Part shown: positions 50,729 to 64,000 of the stretch, one piece after another | Position numbering within the stretch: position 1 is the first letter of the stretch | How the letters are laid out: every line of letters begins with the position of its first letter | Program-made: the position numbers and the translations under genes | Notes under the pieces: generated by a model | Database searches by the model: none | Told to the model about the DNA's origin: nothing | What the model saw: only the letters and a program-made list of their open reading frames with translations | NCBI GenBank assembly: GCA_002633005.1 | Contig: NMRA01000061.1 | Location: 1,055,400 to 1,119,399, forward strand | DNA from: Phoronis australis | Lineage: Eukaryota; Animalia; Phoronida | Direction of reading: 5' to 3' | Length of the DNA: 64,000 bases

Positions 50729-53700
50729 AAAAAAGAAATGTTCATTAGCCAAAACAACAAGACCAATTACATGACCAAATTTCGTGTGGTATAAATGTTC
50801 AAGATAAAATCTCAGAAACGCTGTTACAGTTTACTAAATTATCGTTTTGTTTTATGCGACTTTATTGTTTACACAAGTCATTCAAATCCTTTTTTTTGAT
50901 AGTCCCTCGCGCAAAAGTGGAACATTTTATAAACAATTCCTACGACAGTTTTAGAAAACAGCGCCTAAACCACAACATCTGATAGTTTCTTGGGAATCTG
51001 TTCATCCACTTCTGAGATGCAATGTTCTGAATTTGGTCAAAATTGAACATTTTCTAGGGTCCTACAAAACCTTAAGTTATCTCTATGTTTACATTTATTG
51101 AAAAATTGATAAAACAATATTTCACTGTTTTACCATATTATATTCCAAATAGAAGAAACTTTACACTATAGTGGTTTAACCATTTATTACCAAATAACAA
51201 AACACCATTAATACATTTCCATGTTAACTCCGTCTACAATCCAATAAAACAACCAAGACGTGACTAACAGTCCGCACATTATGTTGGTTAGTCTCAAATT
51301 CCATTACAGTTACCACTGGTATATTGCACATCTTCTGCACACCATAACACAACAGAGCCAAATAAACATACTACAGACTCCCCTCATACCAGGCATCCCC
51401 TTTTCAGGCAAATCAGTAAAAATCCACACTCTGGTGTAACTTAAGTAGAAAGGATGAGCTCCTTAAAGGTACCTTATTCTTGGTACTCGTTTGAATTATA
51501 ACACTCAACACCCTGTTCCCCACCTCGCGTCTAAAATCAACCAGTTTCATGGCAGGTGGAGCATTAATGTAAACCAGCCACGTGAAATTTGGCACATCTC
51601 AAACAGCACCAATAATTCTTTTCCCCAGTCCCTCGAGTCCATCCCACTCAAGCTATTCCACATTACTCATTCAAGCCATAACTGTCCGTGGGATGCTCGT
51701 GGTTCGTGACTCTCTCCCGAGTTTTGCCATACATCTCACGTGGGTATACGCTCGACTTGCTTTGCCTGCAAAATATAGACATGCTAAATATACCAGTGAA
51801 ACAAAACCTCAGATCTGCCACTGCATCTGCTCTAACCTTACTGTTGCCCCTTGCCAGAAGTTTGACCTACAGTAAAATCTCGCCAATTTCGGACAAAATT
51901 AATTGCCAAGAATACCATGTTTTCACATTTATAGCACCTCCAACATCGCTGTCCACAATTTTCAAAAATCTTGTCTGTTGGTAGTTATGGTACAAAATTT
52001 GAACGTGGAGTAATTTTGGGCTACACATGCTTGATGAAAAAGTTTCACTTGTCGGCCATATTGTGTCCTGAATTGGCCAGATTTTACCGAATTGTAAGAG
52101 GAATTTGTAAGTTGGCCTTAATAAAGAAAAGTTCCTCTCCTTGACACCAGGATCGAAGGAGAGCCGAAAGTACTGCGTCACCAAAGTACGGGACGGGACG
52201 GGATAAGGGTACCAAGTGATTACTTTATTACAGACATTTCAAAATGGCTGAATCCCTTGTTGCCACCTGGTGAATTTCAACTTCCCATTTGTATCGCTGT
52301 AGAAAATAGGTCAGCTGTGTTTGGATAAGCTACGTCTGATTTTTGTTCACAAAGGACTTGATTACAACGAACACGCTTTGCAATGGCAAAAAGTATTAGA
52401 AAATTGCAATACGTGTATCCAGAAAGTTCCATAAAATGTGACATAAATGATATGCCAATGAAAGATTCTTATGAACTAGAGCAAAATAATGAAAGTTGCA
52501 CTTTTAAGACATTACACTTGGGGTTTCTCTCAAAAGCCAAAGTTTGATATAGGACACTTAGCATTCCGACATTAGTCTCAAATTATTCCTCAGTCAAAAT
52601 AAAAATAAATTTGATTCATGGGCTTAGAGAGAAGATAGTTCATAATTTCTTCACACCAATGTCATAAAAATCCATGTCAAGCCATGTCCTGAAATGTTAT
52701 GAGCTTCGCCTAAGAATGTTGAACTGTCAGTTATTCCTCAGCTCAGTCATCATTTCTACAGAAAGGAACGAGACAAGAAGACCAATTTCGCAATGTTATG
52801 TCGCCTAAATCATACCTTTCTGACAGATAGCACGGGCTTGATGTCACTTCAATGATTACAGAAGGAAGGAATTGTGACGTTACTATAGATTCATTTGAAT
52901 AAACTAAGATTATTAAGACGCGAGTGCCTTTAATTACATTGCCTTCCTCCACCAGAAAACTGGACAAGAGCACGCAATGGAAATCTCACTTCAAAACAGA
53001 GTTAGTCGAAGTCTCCAACCAAGCCAACGACGAAACTTAGTTACCACAGACCACGCACACATTTAATTATGCATATTATGAGCAGTGACCTTTCAAAGAA
53101 TGAGAAAGTTTAGAGGCAGTGACATTTGCCACCAGTCCTCATGACAGAGCGTTGACCAGACAACAAAGATTGCCAGAAATGTCGCTTTTCAACTAACATT
53201 GCAACTTCCCTATTTTAGGTTTTGTACTCAGTGGGAAAGCGTAAATCCGAAAATCAAAGTACGGTGGTATTATCGCCGCTCTTCTGCTCTTCTCGGAGGA
53301 GATGGATAACAGCCACAATAAATCAAGTTCTGAGGTTAAGAAATGAGCAATCTTGTCACATTGTTGTCTTTTGTTTAAACTGAATAGGGTTATGCTAAAT
53401 ACCTAAAATTGCCATGACACACACACACCCTATAGCTTTACCAAATGTGAAAAGCAACATGTACAGGCCAGATCTAAAGCATTGAAGAACAGTCTGTCCT
53501 TCTCAACCTTTAAACGCGGCCGACTTTATAACTGAGACTGGTTTTTCGACAGAAGGCATGGATTGATAGCATCTTTAAACTGCAATGAGGTGAAACATGA
53601 GAAAGAACTGGCTGGGGGTTGTGGCACAAAACACAGTATGGATGGACTGTGCTATTTGATTTAACAACGTATAGTCATTAAATTGTGAATATGAAAATGA

Positions 53701-54365
53701 AGTACTAATTTACAAACAACCCCAGGTCCTCCATCCATGAACCAGTTACCATTACAATCTCGTAAAAGTCTCGTTTTGCGAGAGTATTTTTATGTAAATG
53801 AGTATGGAAAATGGCAATTTCTTTACAAATTGTTTCTTGTACATACAGTTTTCCAGGAAGTCACCTGAAGGTGGAGCTTGCTACAAATTTAAATATTTAA
53901 TGAGATGTATCATCTTTAATGCATAGAATGGACTGCCATCTACATACGTCTAATATCCCTGTCAGGCAGGAGCAGGTGCCATAGGTAACTTTGGAGAGTG
54001 TGTCTTGTAATAATATACCTAGGATATCTGACCTCACACGCATATCAACCTCTGAAACAAGGTGTAAAGGAATTGATCATCAGATGGACGGTCACACAGC
54101 GCCATCTTTGAACAGCATTCTTTTGGTTCATGTTTTGGAGTCGAATTTTGTTTTAGTTTCGTAATCAGGCAAGTGTTACCTGCTACGACAAAACCAGCGA
54201 CGGAATCGAGAATACTATCTGCTTTAATAGGAAGATTTAATGACAGCTTGCAGTTTGAAATTTCAGCTTGAGCTGATTAGGGGTGCATTGGGCCTTTAAG
54301 AAAACTCAGATGTTAGCTATACAGCACTTCACATGCCACCACTTCAACAATACAAAAGTGTTCAA

Positions 54366-54676
54366 GCAGGGGTCTGCACGCAGTGAACTCCCCAATGTCA
54401 GATCCGGGATTTTGTGCAGGGCTTTGCAGCCCGTGAACTCCCCAGTGGCAGATCCAGGATTTTGTGCAGGGCTTTGCAGCCTGTGAAATCCCCAGTAGCA
54501 GATCCAGGATTTTATCGCAGGGGTCTGCACCCATGAACTCCCAAGTCGCAGATCCAGGATTTTGTACAAGGGGATAATTAGGGATACACATGGTGGGTGC
54601 TTAACATCTGCTATGTAAAGGTGACTAAGCAGCGAGGTAAGGACCTCTGGACCACCACCCTTTGGACCCGCGACTG
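54366..54676. mobile_element. Non-autonomous hAT-like element with four tandem 50-nt left-end units and one right end
   Basis: cagtggcagatccaggatttt-like motif at about 54393, 54443, 54493 and 54543; matching tggacccgcgactg at 54663-54676. Confidence 0.7.
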
Positions 54677-56524
54677 CTCTCTATAGATATGCATGTGTAT
54701 TCAAAGGTCATGAAACAGGCTATTAAACTTGTCGTTTGCACTATTTTGACAAAAGCTCCCGCCAGTAAATTACAAACTTTCATTCCATGATTTTTATGAG
54801 GCATTTGGATTTTCTAATTCAGTCATGTCTACAAAATCGCATCAGTTTAGGACTCAATGTCGCTGATGTGGAATTTCATTTTTTCATCGAAGATAAGTAG
54901 CGCTAAATAACTGTTTTATTATTTCAAAGTTCTGTATTACAGCTGCCATTGTTTTGAGAACTTGTGGGCGTTCGCAATGTTAGACGCCTTAATTTTGAAA
55001 AATGAAAAAAAAATTTGCTATAATTTTGCCTGAATTTGGTGACATTTTTAAGACCCATAAAGCACTAATTAAATTATGTGAAGCAGAAATTGCCAACTTC
55101 AAACTACAATAACTGCAGAGGCGAATATTCTCATTGGGGCAATCAGTTAGAGTACGATGTTATGAGTGGTGTACTTAGGAATCCTAATTCTGTGTATTAA
55201 AAAACAAACAAAGGGTGGCACTGCATGGAACTGAAATGTACAAAACGAATTTCTGCAGCAATAATTTCCAAGCGATGAGATCTCAACCAAAGTCTTGCAA
55301 ACTCTTTGTTTGTGAGTCAACTGCTGAATGTAAACAATTTGTGAAAAGTTGTACAATCGAAAGAAATGAATAAGACTGGTAAATGCATGGAACACTAAGT
55401 CACGGATTTCCTGTAAGCTCATCTTCTTCAATTATTTTCAACATCAGCGTAAGTGAAAACGGCAGGGCAGCTGGGCAGAGAGTCAAGCTGGATATGTATG
55501 TGAACACTGAATTAGCCTGAATTAGAGAGCTAGGACTACATGTTCAGCTCATAACGTACAGGGCACAGACCAGCAGTATCATCTTTCACAGAATATGCTA
55601 TGGCTATACTGCAACTTGCCTGTCTGTCTATGTATAGAGAGGCCAGGCTGTGGTATATACCAATCATGGAATGTCAATACTTGGATGGCTAAGAATAGTG
55701 TAGTGAGAGAACAGACAGATGGAGGCCTGCCAGATGGTGATGAGCCTCTTCACCAGGGGGGTTACTCAACAGCTACCACTGGAACAACAAAGGGACAGGA
55801 AAGCGCAATGTTCATCTCCACCAAGGGCTGACGCCATCCCTAGAGATCAAACAGCACGCTGTTACTGATGGATAAATTCCCGACGGTGACGACGGTCCTC
55901 GTCAATAGAAGGAAATTCAATCCTTAGGGCTGGAACAACATACCATTGCTGAATGAAAATGACGGCCTAATGGCATGCTCATCTTCTCTAGGGGGGATAA
56001 ATGCCATCTGCTCCAGGGGGTAACTCCACCTGTTATCACTGACACACAATTGGCTAATGGATTATAATATGCACTGGGTTTCACTCTAGGGCAACTAACA
56101 ACTGACACACATAGGGCTGTCAGGCAGTTGATGATGATGATGATGGTTCATACCTCAGGAACATTGTCTATGATGGCTTGGTTGAGCCACAGGCATTATG
56201 AATGTCAAGTTCAACAAAGCCTCTCATTGGCTCAATACTAAGGCGTCACAGCTTGCAAATTTTTTATTGGTTAATATCAGAAAAACTGGTAACGTTCTAA
56301 ACATAAACTTCAAATCTCACGTGGTGAACTTCCGCATGCCCTCGACTCATAATGTTCAAGAACTCATTCAGTCTCAACGTTGTATTTCATTTCTTATCTG
56401 CACATGAATACCTAATTTTGTGTTTGAGACTGAAACAGTATTCAAATAAATCGGGTGTGAACAGAGGCATACACAACAGGAGGTCATGGTGTCATGTCTT
56501 TTGCCATTAATTCACTTCACTTTA

Positions 56525-57370
56525 CAATTCTGTCTCCTGCCGTCTTACCGAACTCACGACATTATCGAATGCTACCTTCCGCTGGTCGTCTACAGCGAGG
56601 GCGAAGTGAATTGCAAAACCGGGACCGTTTCCAAGAAAGACAATAAAATGAGGAGGCCTAAAATGATTCCAAGGCATTAACGCAAGATTTGGACCCTTTG
56701 CAGAAGAATCAGTTTGTTGCAACACACAGTCAAACACAGGCACCTGGACTCCCGCCACCATAACCAGTGCAAGCAGTGATCCGAGATCATACCTGATCGA
56801 GACTCCTGATGGGTCCCAACTTCGCCGGAACCGATCCACGCTGAAACCGAGTGGCGACAACAACCCAGTGCAACCCCCTACTACCATAGAGGAACATGGT
56901 CCTAGATGTTTGTTTTGAGAAACTGGACCTCCTCTGAAGCTACAGGACTATGTTACTAGATAGACAAGGACTTTAGTGTTCACGGTATTTTCTTATTCAT
57001 ATGACATAGTGTAGTTACCAGTTATTTGTTAAAGACATAATGGTGGAAACGTTTTCTCACATTAAAGACTTGTTTGTGAACAAGATAACGCAACAGCCAA
57101 TGGACTTTAGCATCAGACCCTGCCCTAAGACTTCTGGAAGCTTGAGGAAATGATCGAGTGCGGTGGTGGACCATGGATAATGTGTACTCGTTAGTATACA
57201 TCGCAGAATGCTGTGCGACCAATAGCAGTGACCCGAGATCATACCTGATCGAGACTCCTGACGGTTCCCAACTAAGCCAGAACCGATCCGTGCTGAAACC
57301 GTGCATCTCCACAGATGGACTAAAGACTGGCACATGATACCATGGCTTTCATTACGAGGGGGAGAGGGAA
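56525..57370 (+). mobile_element. Decayed Gypsy/Ty3 LTR-retrotransposon integrase C-terminus, partly duplicated
   Basis: Broken plus-strand translation gives SPA...SR.YR, KDLDPL...V, WTPATI.....PRSYLIETPDGSQLRRNRSTLKP and PPLKLQDYV*; the PRSY block recurs at 57224-57301; purine tract near 57356-57370. Confidence 0.75.
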
Positions 57371-60300
57371 ATAATAAGCAACGAATTCAACAGGAAGTAA
57401 TTCCATATTGGGACTTGAACTGTGAAACAACTTATGGACACAGTGCTTGGCAACTATTTTTATCTTCTCCATAAGAAGGTTGAGTGCACTGCCAAGACCA
57501 AGTAATGAACATACTAGATAAAACAGTGCATATGTTAACGGTTAAAATCTCTCCAATTTTGCATAAAAGCAACTCTTACGAACTGCCCAGTTTCCAAGTA
57601 TTAAGGTCTTCGCAAGGCATGGCCAAAATCTTACAAAATATTATTAGCTGGTAGCTAATTGGTTACAGAACTTGAACATGAAAACGCATTGATTTGGTGC
57701 AATGCATCTCTTATTGAAAAAATAACAAAATTTTATTTGTCTACGTATAGCATCTAAAATGGAGATTTTAAGTCATGTGCCAAGTGAATACTAATCGTGA
57801 TTATAGTGGAGCCATCGTGCCACTGTCACCAGATCCAATAACTGATAATCAAGCAGCATCAGAATTACAGACTTCACTCTCAGTGGCACAACTTAGGCTT
57901 TGTTTGAGGATCAAAGTTCACTTTGACCTGCACACAACAGGTCAGTAGCCACATGCAGCCATCAGAGGTTAAAACAATCATTCACGAAATTTACGTCCAC
58001 ACCATTACACCAAATTGCTAGCAGTTGTAACATAGCATAAGAGGACTTCAGTTCAAGATTGAGCATGATATTCACAAGAATCATAGGGTCAGGAACTCGA
58101 TTAAATGAGATATTACCGGCACGGAAAGCATGCAAACAAAATTTAATAGAAGACGAAATACATTTTATTCTCGTTTGCACCTGATAGGTTCATTCAAGAA
58201 TGGAGTTCCTAAGTGAACCCGCCCGTCTAGACTTGCTTCTAAATTACCCAGAAGATCTTGCAAAGTATTTCTTATTAGGGCACTAGATTGCCGCAAGACT
58301 ACCCTGTATTGTGTATACCTGCTTACATGTTAATTTGTATCATGTGACTTACAAGTTCGAGAGGCTGGGGATGCATAACATAACGTCTGTTTTTGTATTG
58401 CATTGTACGATGCATAAATGTCATTACAATAAATAATACATAAGTACAATACAAGTCATTCCCCTGATCAATATGTTTTAATTATTCTCAGTTAAGCCAG
58501 AAGGGACATAATTTTTTAATTTTTTAAATGTTTATTATGAAAAGTACAATGTTCAGTAATAAGTGTTAAGCCCAGAGAGGACTTAGAAAGCAATATTATA
58601 TTTTGGAATATGGCAACCATTAAAACGCCCATTTTGAGCATTGAGAAACCTAGTGTATAACCTGCATTCCCCAATAGGAATCTAATCTTGCCCATAAATA
58701 GCCTGCGACTCAAAAAACTGACAGGTCATGTGAAACCCATTTCTGTTGTGCAGTATCGCGTTTCCCCCATAGGACAACAACTCCAGTGTCTTAATGAGCC
58801 AGTATGTCACACTTCAAGTCTGCCTTGATAACCCAAAACCAAGGCTTAGTCCCCCAGAAATCTGAGTTGTTATCCAGCCACACCAGCACATGTCCTTATA
58901 CAGTACAGACTAAGGCCATCGCCATCTGGTTTTGATAGCATCCGATTTCACAGCAGCAGAGGGGATCCCAAAAGGTCATAGGTCACCTAGCAGAAGACTC
59001 AAGAAAGGAAGATCAGAGGTTGTGCAAACAGCAGCTGGTGGCGACAGCATCCCACAAAAGGTCAGAGGTCACACACAACAGCTGGAAGAATTTGCGTTCT
59101 GTAGGGCATATCATATGGAAAGACAGAAATTGGACAGTCTCAACTCTCAAGGAAGGGGGAATGATATGGGCAGCAACAACCATTATCTTGCTGTCATTGA
59201 GCACCGAATATTCTTTTGTTGGCTTACATTACAAAGATCCTAATTTGGAGTGAAAGTTCCTACAGTTACATAATACAACATTTCTCAATAATCGAGTCAC
59301 GACACGACACGTGTCACAGGTTCTGCATAATAATGGGCAAAATAAACGAAGAAATAAATAATTGAAAACAAAATAAATAAGTAAAAACCAAACTGTAAAC
59401 TACTGGACGTAGGGTCCAATCTGTGTCTGCGCCAGACAAGATTGAAATAAACCTTTGTGGCAAAATGATTCATTAATCACAAACAAAATGAAACATGGAT
59501 TCGGGCTATTTGAAATCCTGTAATGTTTGGTGGAAAAACTGCTATCTACCAACAAAGAGCTTGTAACAAAGAGGACATGTTCCTGTTTACGCACAGATAG
59601 GAGTCGATGCCCTCGTTCAAGATGCCAATAATAGTTGACTATGGGTGCAAGAGGAATCTCTTTCAGCCAGGTGTCATGGAGGGTAATGACACATGGGTTA
59701 AACACTAACCAATCACAACAAAGAGAATGCGATATTCTATACACCTATACATACAAATCCCAAAGAATTTAACTCTTCCATATATGGAGGTAGAAAAACA
59801 AACATACAGTATGATTGCCCCGGGGAAGGGGCGCTGACACACTATGAGCAGCATGGGACACGTGAAGAATGATTATAACGCAAGCTTTTTATATTTTTTA
59901 TATCTACAGTGAAACTTGGTGGCATCCAAATGATAAATGTGAAAACAATCCTTGTGTAATGAAGTGGTTAGCACACCAGGAGGGTACATCTGTTGGCCGA
60001 GTGCCTACGGAGGCGTTGCATTGTGGGTAAATACTGTAGAATCAGAGAGGGTACCATACAGGAAATGGCTATTTAACTTTACATTAGGAAAATCCATCTT
60101 TTGGAAGAGATTTGCGGCTGAAAATATTGAATAACTATGGAATAATTTCTCCACTTTAGCACAGTGAAAGACTAATGAATATTTTGCCAAGGTCGATACA
60201 CAGTTACACTAAGAAGATGCGCATAAGTCTTGCATCGGCGAATTTCCAGGTATTTTATGAGCTGCCACATCTATTTTCAGACTCTCCTGATACAAAACGC

Positions 60301-61930
60301 AGTGTCAGATATTTGAATACCAAAATCACTCATGTCCCAATCTTCAGAATCAAGAACATTCAATTTCGGCTTGAATTTCGGAGAGTTAGTCCCAAACTAC
60401 AGAATTTTTACCTTAGCGAGTAATAGTTGTCAAAAATAACTTACGCACAGTAAATAAGACTGCAGGCTTAACAGAAATAGCACCTAAAATTCTTGTGTAC
60501 AGTTTAAGCAAGACAGACTTTTTAGAAGAGCTTACAACAAACATGAACACTTTTCAAAGAAATTAGATAATGAATGGTTTTCAGTTTAGCACAAAAGTAG
60601 AATATTTTGTTCTACATCTCATCACTAAACTTCAGTATTTCCCTGGTTTGTACTATATAATAAGACCAAAAAATAATTATATTGCTGGGAATTTGTGAAA
60701 ATAGGCCTACCCAAAAGTGGGCATATTTTTGGAAAGTAGGCTCAAGGATGTATTTTCAGTAACTGTTAAAGTGTTTTAAAAATCTGATGGATTGCTAAAA
60801 AAATGCAATCTAATAAGTTTTTCTATAAACTAGATATTGCAAATTTTGGGATCACGTTTTCACTTGAAGGACGCCTCACTTGACAAGACACCGGGTGCCT
60901 TTGTCCGTAACCAACCCTATTAGTACAGTTTTAATGCAGTTTGTTTCCTGAATGCGAAATAAGTATGGACGAATATAACTATATACATAAAAAAATGTTT
61001 CCTTAAAAAATTACAGCTTTAGTGCTTAATGTTTGTTTAAAAAGCGCATAAAACTGTTGCATACGTTAACTGTTGATTCTTTATCACTACAAACCAACAG
61101 TGCTTATAAAGACTACACACATTTACAGAAGGTTTAGGCCTGTTTACTATTATATAGGGTAACGGTTGAATATAACATGCTCGAATTTTGAGAACCAGTT
61201 TTCTCCACTGAATAACGGGCATCAAGCTGGTTCTTAAAATGTTCAACATCCCAAAAAGACAGAAACTGCATTTCCTTCCTGTCAACTCAACCCCTCTTGC
61301 AGACCAGAATTAGAAATTGGGTCAAGCTAAAGACACAGAGAGTACAATATTTTCTATAGGTCGATTACGAAATAGATTATAATGCTGGACACATGATTTC
61401 TGATGTTCTATTTACATAACAAATGAGCAGAAAAAGTCCATTAAAACTATTGATCTTGGAAGAACTTAAACCCACCACCAGGAATGTCAAGGAACGTTGT
61501 GACGAAAAAAATAACAAATTGGGCCATTAAAACAAGCTTTTACGAGGCAATCTGATGTCAAAGCATTCTAAATAAGCAAGCACTCTGCAAAATAAAACTA
61601 ATTATCAATGCCATCTGATAGTGATACATTTTATTGATGCACTTTAACAGTCTTCCACATGATGCTGTACGTCTATAGTGTATAACTGTATAAGTGGCAA
61701 TAAATGCAACTAAAACTATCCTGTTCATCTATAGCCTGCACCCCCTCCCCCCCTCCTCCGCAGCCGCTGCTTAACGCAGTCAAAACTTTTTTTTGAGTAG
61801 ACCTTGTAGTTTTATATGCCAGTAACTAGCACACCACAGGTTGTCATTGTTAGTCAAGTCTATTGTTACTCCACTGTAACGGACTGTGTCGGTTTCATTA
61901 CTTGTTGTTGGGCAAAGCAAGGTGGCCACA

Positions 61931-61986
61931 ATTGTTTCTTCTGATGATAGTGTTTCAATTAAACGCCGAAACATGTCAAGGCGATT
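61931..61986 (+). ncRNA. Minimal type-I hammerhead ribozyme motif (Penelope-like element type), slightly degenerate
   Basis: CTGATGA (61941-61947), stem II GTGTTT/AAACGC, GAAA (61968-61971), palindromic ACATGT stem III, GUC triplet (61975-61977), short stem I tctt/aagg. Confidence 0.65.
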
Positions 61987-64000
61987 TAAATGTGTTGTTG
62001 TTTTTATTACCATATAGTGCTACTTTCATCTGAAGCAGTGAACCCAGGACTGCCAGGAGTGGCAGTCTTGCTTAATACCATGAAATAATGACGGTAAAAT
62101 CTGCGCAAAATCATTGAGGAAATCGATTTTTCATTTTTCAAAGATTTTTAACGTTCCGAACACTCACTAATTCTCAAAACCTTGAGTGATGGTAGCCAGG
62201 TATAGAACTTTATATCAAAATAACAAAAGATTCGTTTGATGTTTGCTACATTTTACAGAGAATGAAACAATTAACTTTCACTTGTCCATCATACTGTGTC
62301 CTAAATTGACGAGAGCTTGTTGTAACCCATAATCCAATTCTCCGTCACACCTGGTTAAGAAGTGCACACGTCAGCAGTTAATGAAACCTTTTGATGTCGA
62401 GTGTCTGTGAGAGTTCAGACTGATTTGAGCCTCGAGGTAAATCTTCAATCCTTTGAGCCAAGTTCTGTACCTGGTGACTACAATTTTGCGCGATTTTAAA
62501 AATATTTCAAAACCACCAAAACTCGTCAAAAGAATCGTGACATTGGTACTAAGTGTGATCTACTTCCTCTAACTGGACAAATTCACATTTACAAGACTTA
62601 GTATACAAACCAGCGGCACCTTCAGCCGAAGTACAGCGTGACACGCTAATGTAATTGTTCTAGACACCGTATGAATGCCAGATGATTGAAACCAATTTAA
62701 ACTGCTGAAGATTATGCTCTTAATCAAACTTCATGGAGCCAATGTTACTTTCCCTATTGATATTTTACTGGTATGTTCTTAATTACAATCATTGTGTACC
62801 GCCACTCAGTAACAGTGTATAGCTGTACTTCAGACTACAGACTTCCCTTCATAGTAAACCACCCTTCAGAATAGAGACCTAGAACCATTACGGACACGCG
62901 TTCGTATTCCATTTTCCATATTTGCTTTCACTTCAAACAGGCTGGCTATTATCAAACATCAAATGTCAAGAATTTAATGGAGTCTGAGATTTCACAAGGA
63001 AATCGTCATAACTGATACAGAAACAGCGCGATTCATTTCCTGCCACACAAACATCTATTTTTACCAACTGAGGGCATGAACCGCGGAACACCCAACAACG
63101 AAGAAGAGATTTGGCAGAAGGCATGCACTGGTACTTGATCCAAAGGGAACAGACAGTTGCAGGTGTTTACAAGAGCATTGACTGCCCAAAGGTCACAGGG
63201 GTCAACAAAACAAGAAGCCTGTTTACTTGCACTCTTAACAATTGGAGTGGTGAGGGGATCAACATGTAACAGTTCAGGCATGTTTGCCTTCATGGATTTT
63301 TCGTCATTGACCTCTCTCATCCTTTGTGTGGGGAGAGTCACAGCTAACACCACATGCCAATGTCACAATGGAATCAATACAGTAAAGACTCACCAATTCA
63401 GGACACAATATGGTGGACAAGCTAAATGTCATTTTGTCCGCATTTTCTCATACAAAGTGAGAAGCACAAATTAAACGCTTTGTCAGCTTCAACTTGCACA
63501 GCAAAGCTGGTATTGGACAATGTTTTGAGAAACTTTAGCAATACACAGAAATACTAACGAGCCTTTGAAAAATGAATAGACCAATTTTGCTAATCATTCT
63601 TGACTGAAGTTTGTGATATTTTCCTGTAATTCAACACTGGCAACAAAAGTGGTGTAGCCATCTCATATTGCCACTCATAATGCGTTCTCATTTTCAGTGG
63701 GATTTCCACAGTACAACTTCACTTTCAACAGCCTGTAGGTTATTTTACACACAAAAAGAGGACAACGGGAGATTTCGCTAATCGTTATCACTAATAACAA
63801 GTCAATGAGAACAGAAACTCTCAACATGACCACGTGCATAGAGAACAACCACAGATGAGGCATACGAGACAAGCTGCCCAGTTAGGTGACTTTCAAACAC
63901 GATTTCTGATGTAAGAATGCCTTTATGATTTTGTTTCATACAAAATGGTTTGCCTTGGGATTCGAACATTTTACAAACAGTTTCATTTCGCACCATCAAA

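Noticed and set aside
54366-54570. CRISPR-like appearance of regularly spaced repeats
   Set aside because: The spacers resemble each other (a minisatellite), the context is eukaryotic, and no cas genes are present.
58930-59250. Possible decayed RTE/LINE fragment (LRSVGHIIWKDRNW)
   Set aside because: Only a faint motif resemblance; it cannot be supported without a database search.
62340-63480. Possible exons of a further gene at the right edge (ORFs 63033..63353 and 63157..63474; acceptor-like site near 62470)
   Set aside because: No recognisable protein motif and no consistent exon chain.

Overview
AT-rich, intron-containing animal genomic DNA with two assembly gaps (N at 6224-6303 and 49202). 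Ancestral-type MBD2/3 and MEX3 genes suggest a non-vertebrate bilaterian; the species cannot be determined from the sequence. Four spliced protein-coding genes were reconstructed by hand with GT-AG boundaries and consistent phases: (1) RIOK2 (minus; six 5' exons from 5160 down to 372, running off the left edge); (2) IER3IP1/Yos1 (minus; 3 exons, 13891 to 10645, 80 aa; largely missed by the ORF track); (3) MBD2/3 (plus; 6 coding exons, 14137-20981, 256 aa), head-to-head with IER3IP1 across 245 bp; (4) MEX3 (minus; 2 exons split by a 14 kb intron, 43833 to 28311, 514 aa, 2 KH + RING), convergent with MBD2/3. I recognised no genes in the 20 kb upstream of MEX3. MITEs, dispersed repeats and tandem duplications occur across the window, with a tRNA-derived element in an MBD2/3 intron and, upstream of MEX3, a decayed Gypsy integrase end and a Penelope-type minimal hammerhead ribozyme motif. 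I found no unambiguous novel system. The best leads are an unexplained structured GC-rich island at about 8.0-8.5 kb, the hammerhead motif, a 64-nt hairpin insertion with a target-site-like duplication, a Sox/TCF motif cluster in the MEX3 intron, and the apparently ancient IER3IP1-MBD2/3-MEX3 linkage.
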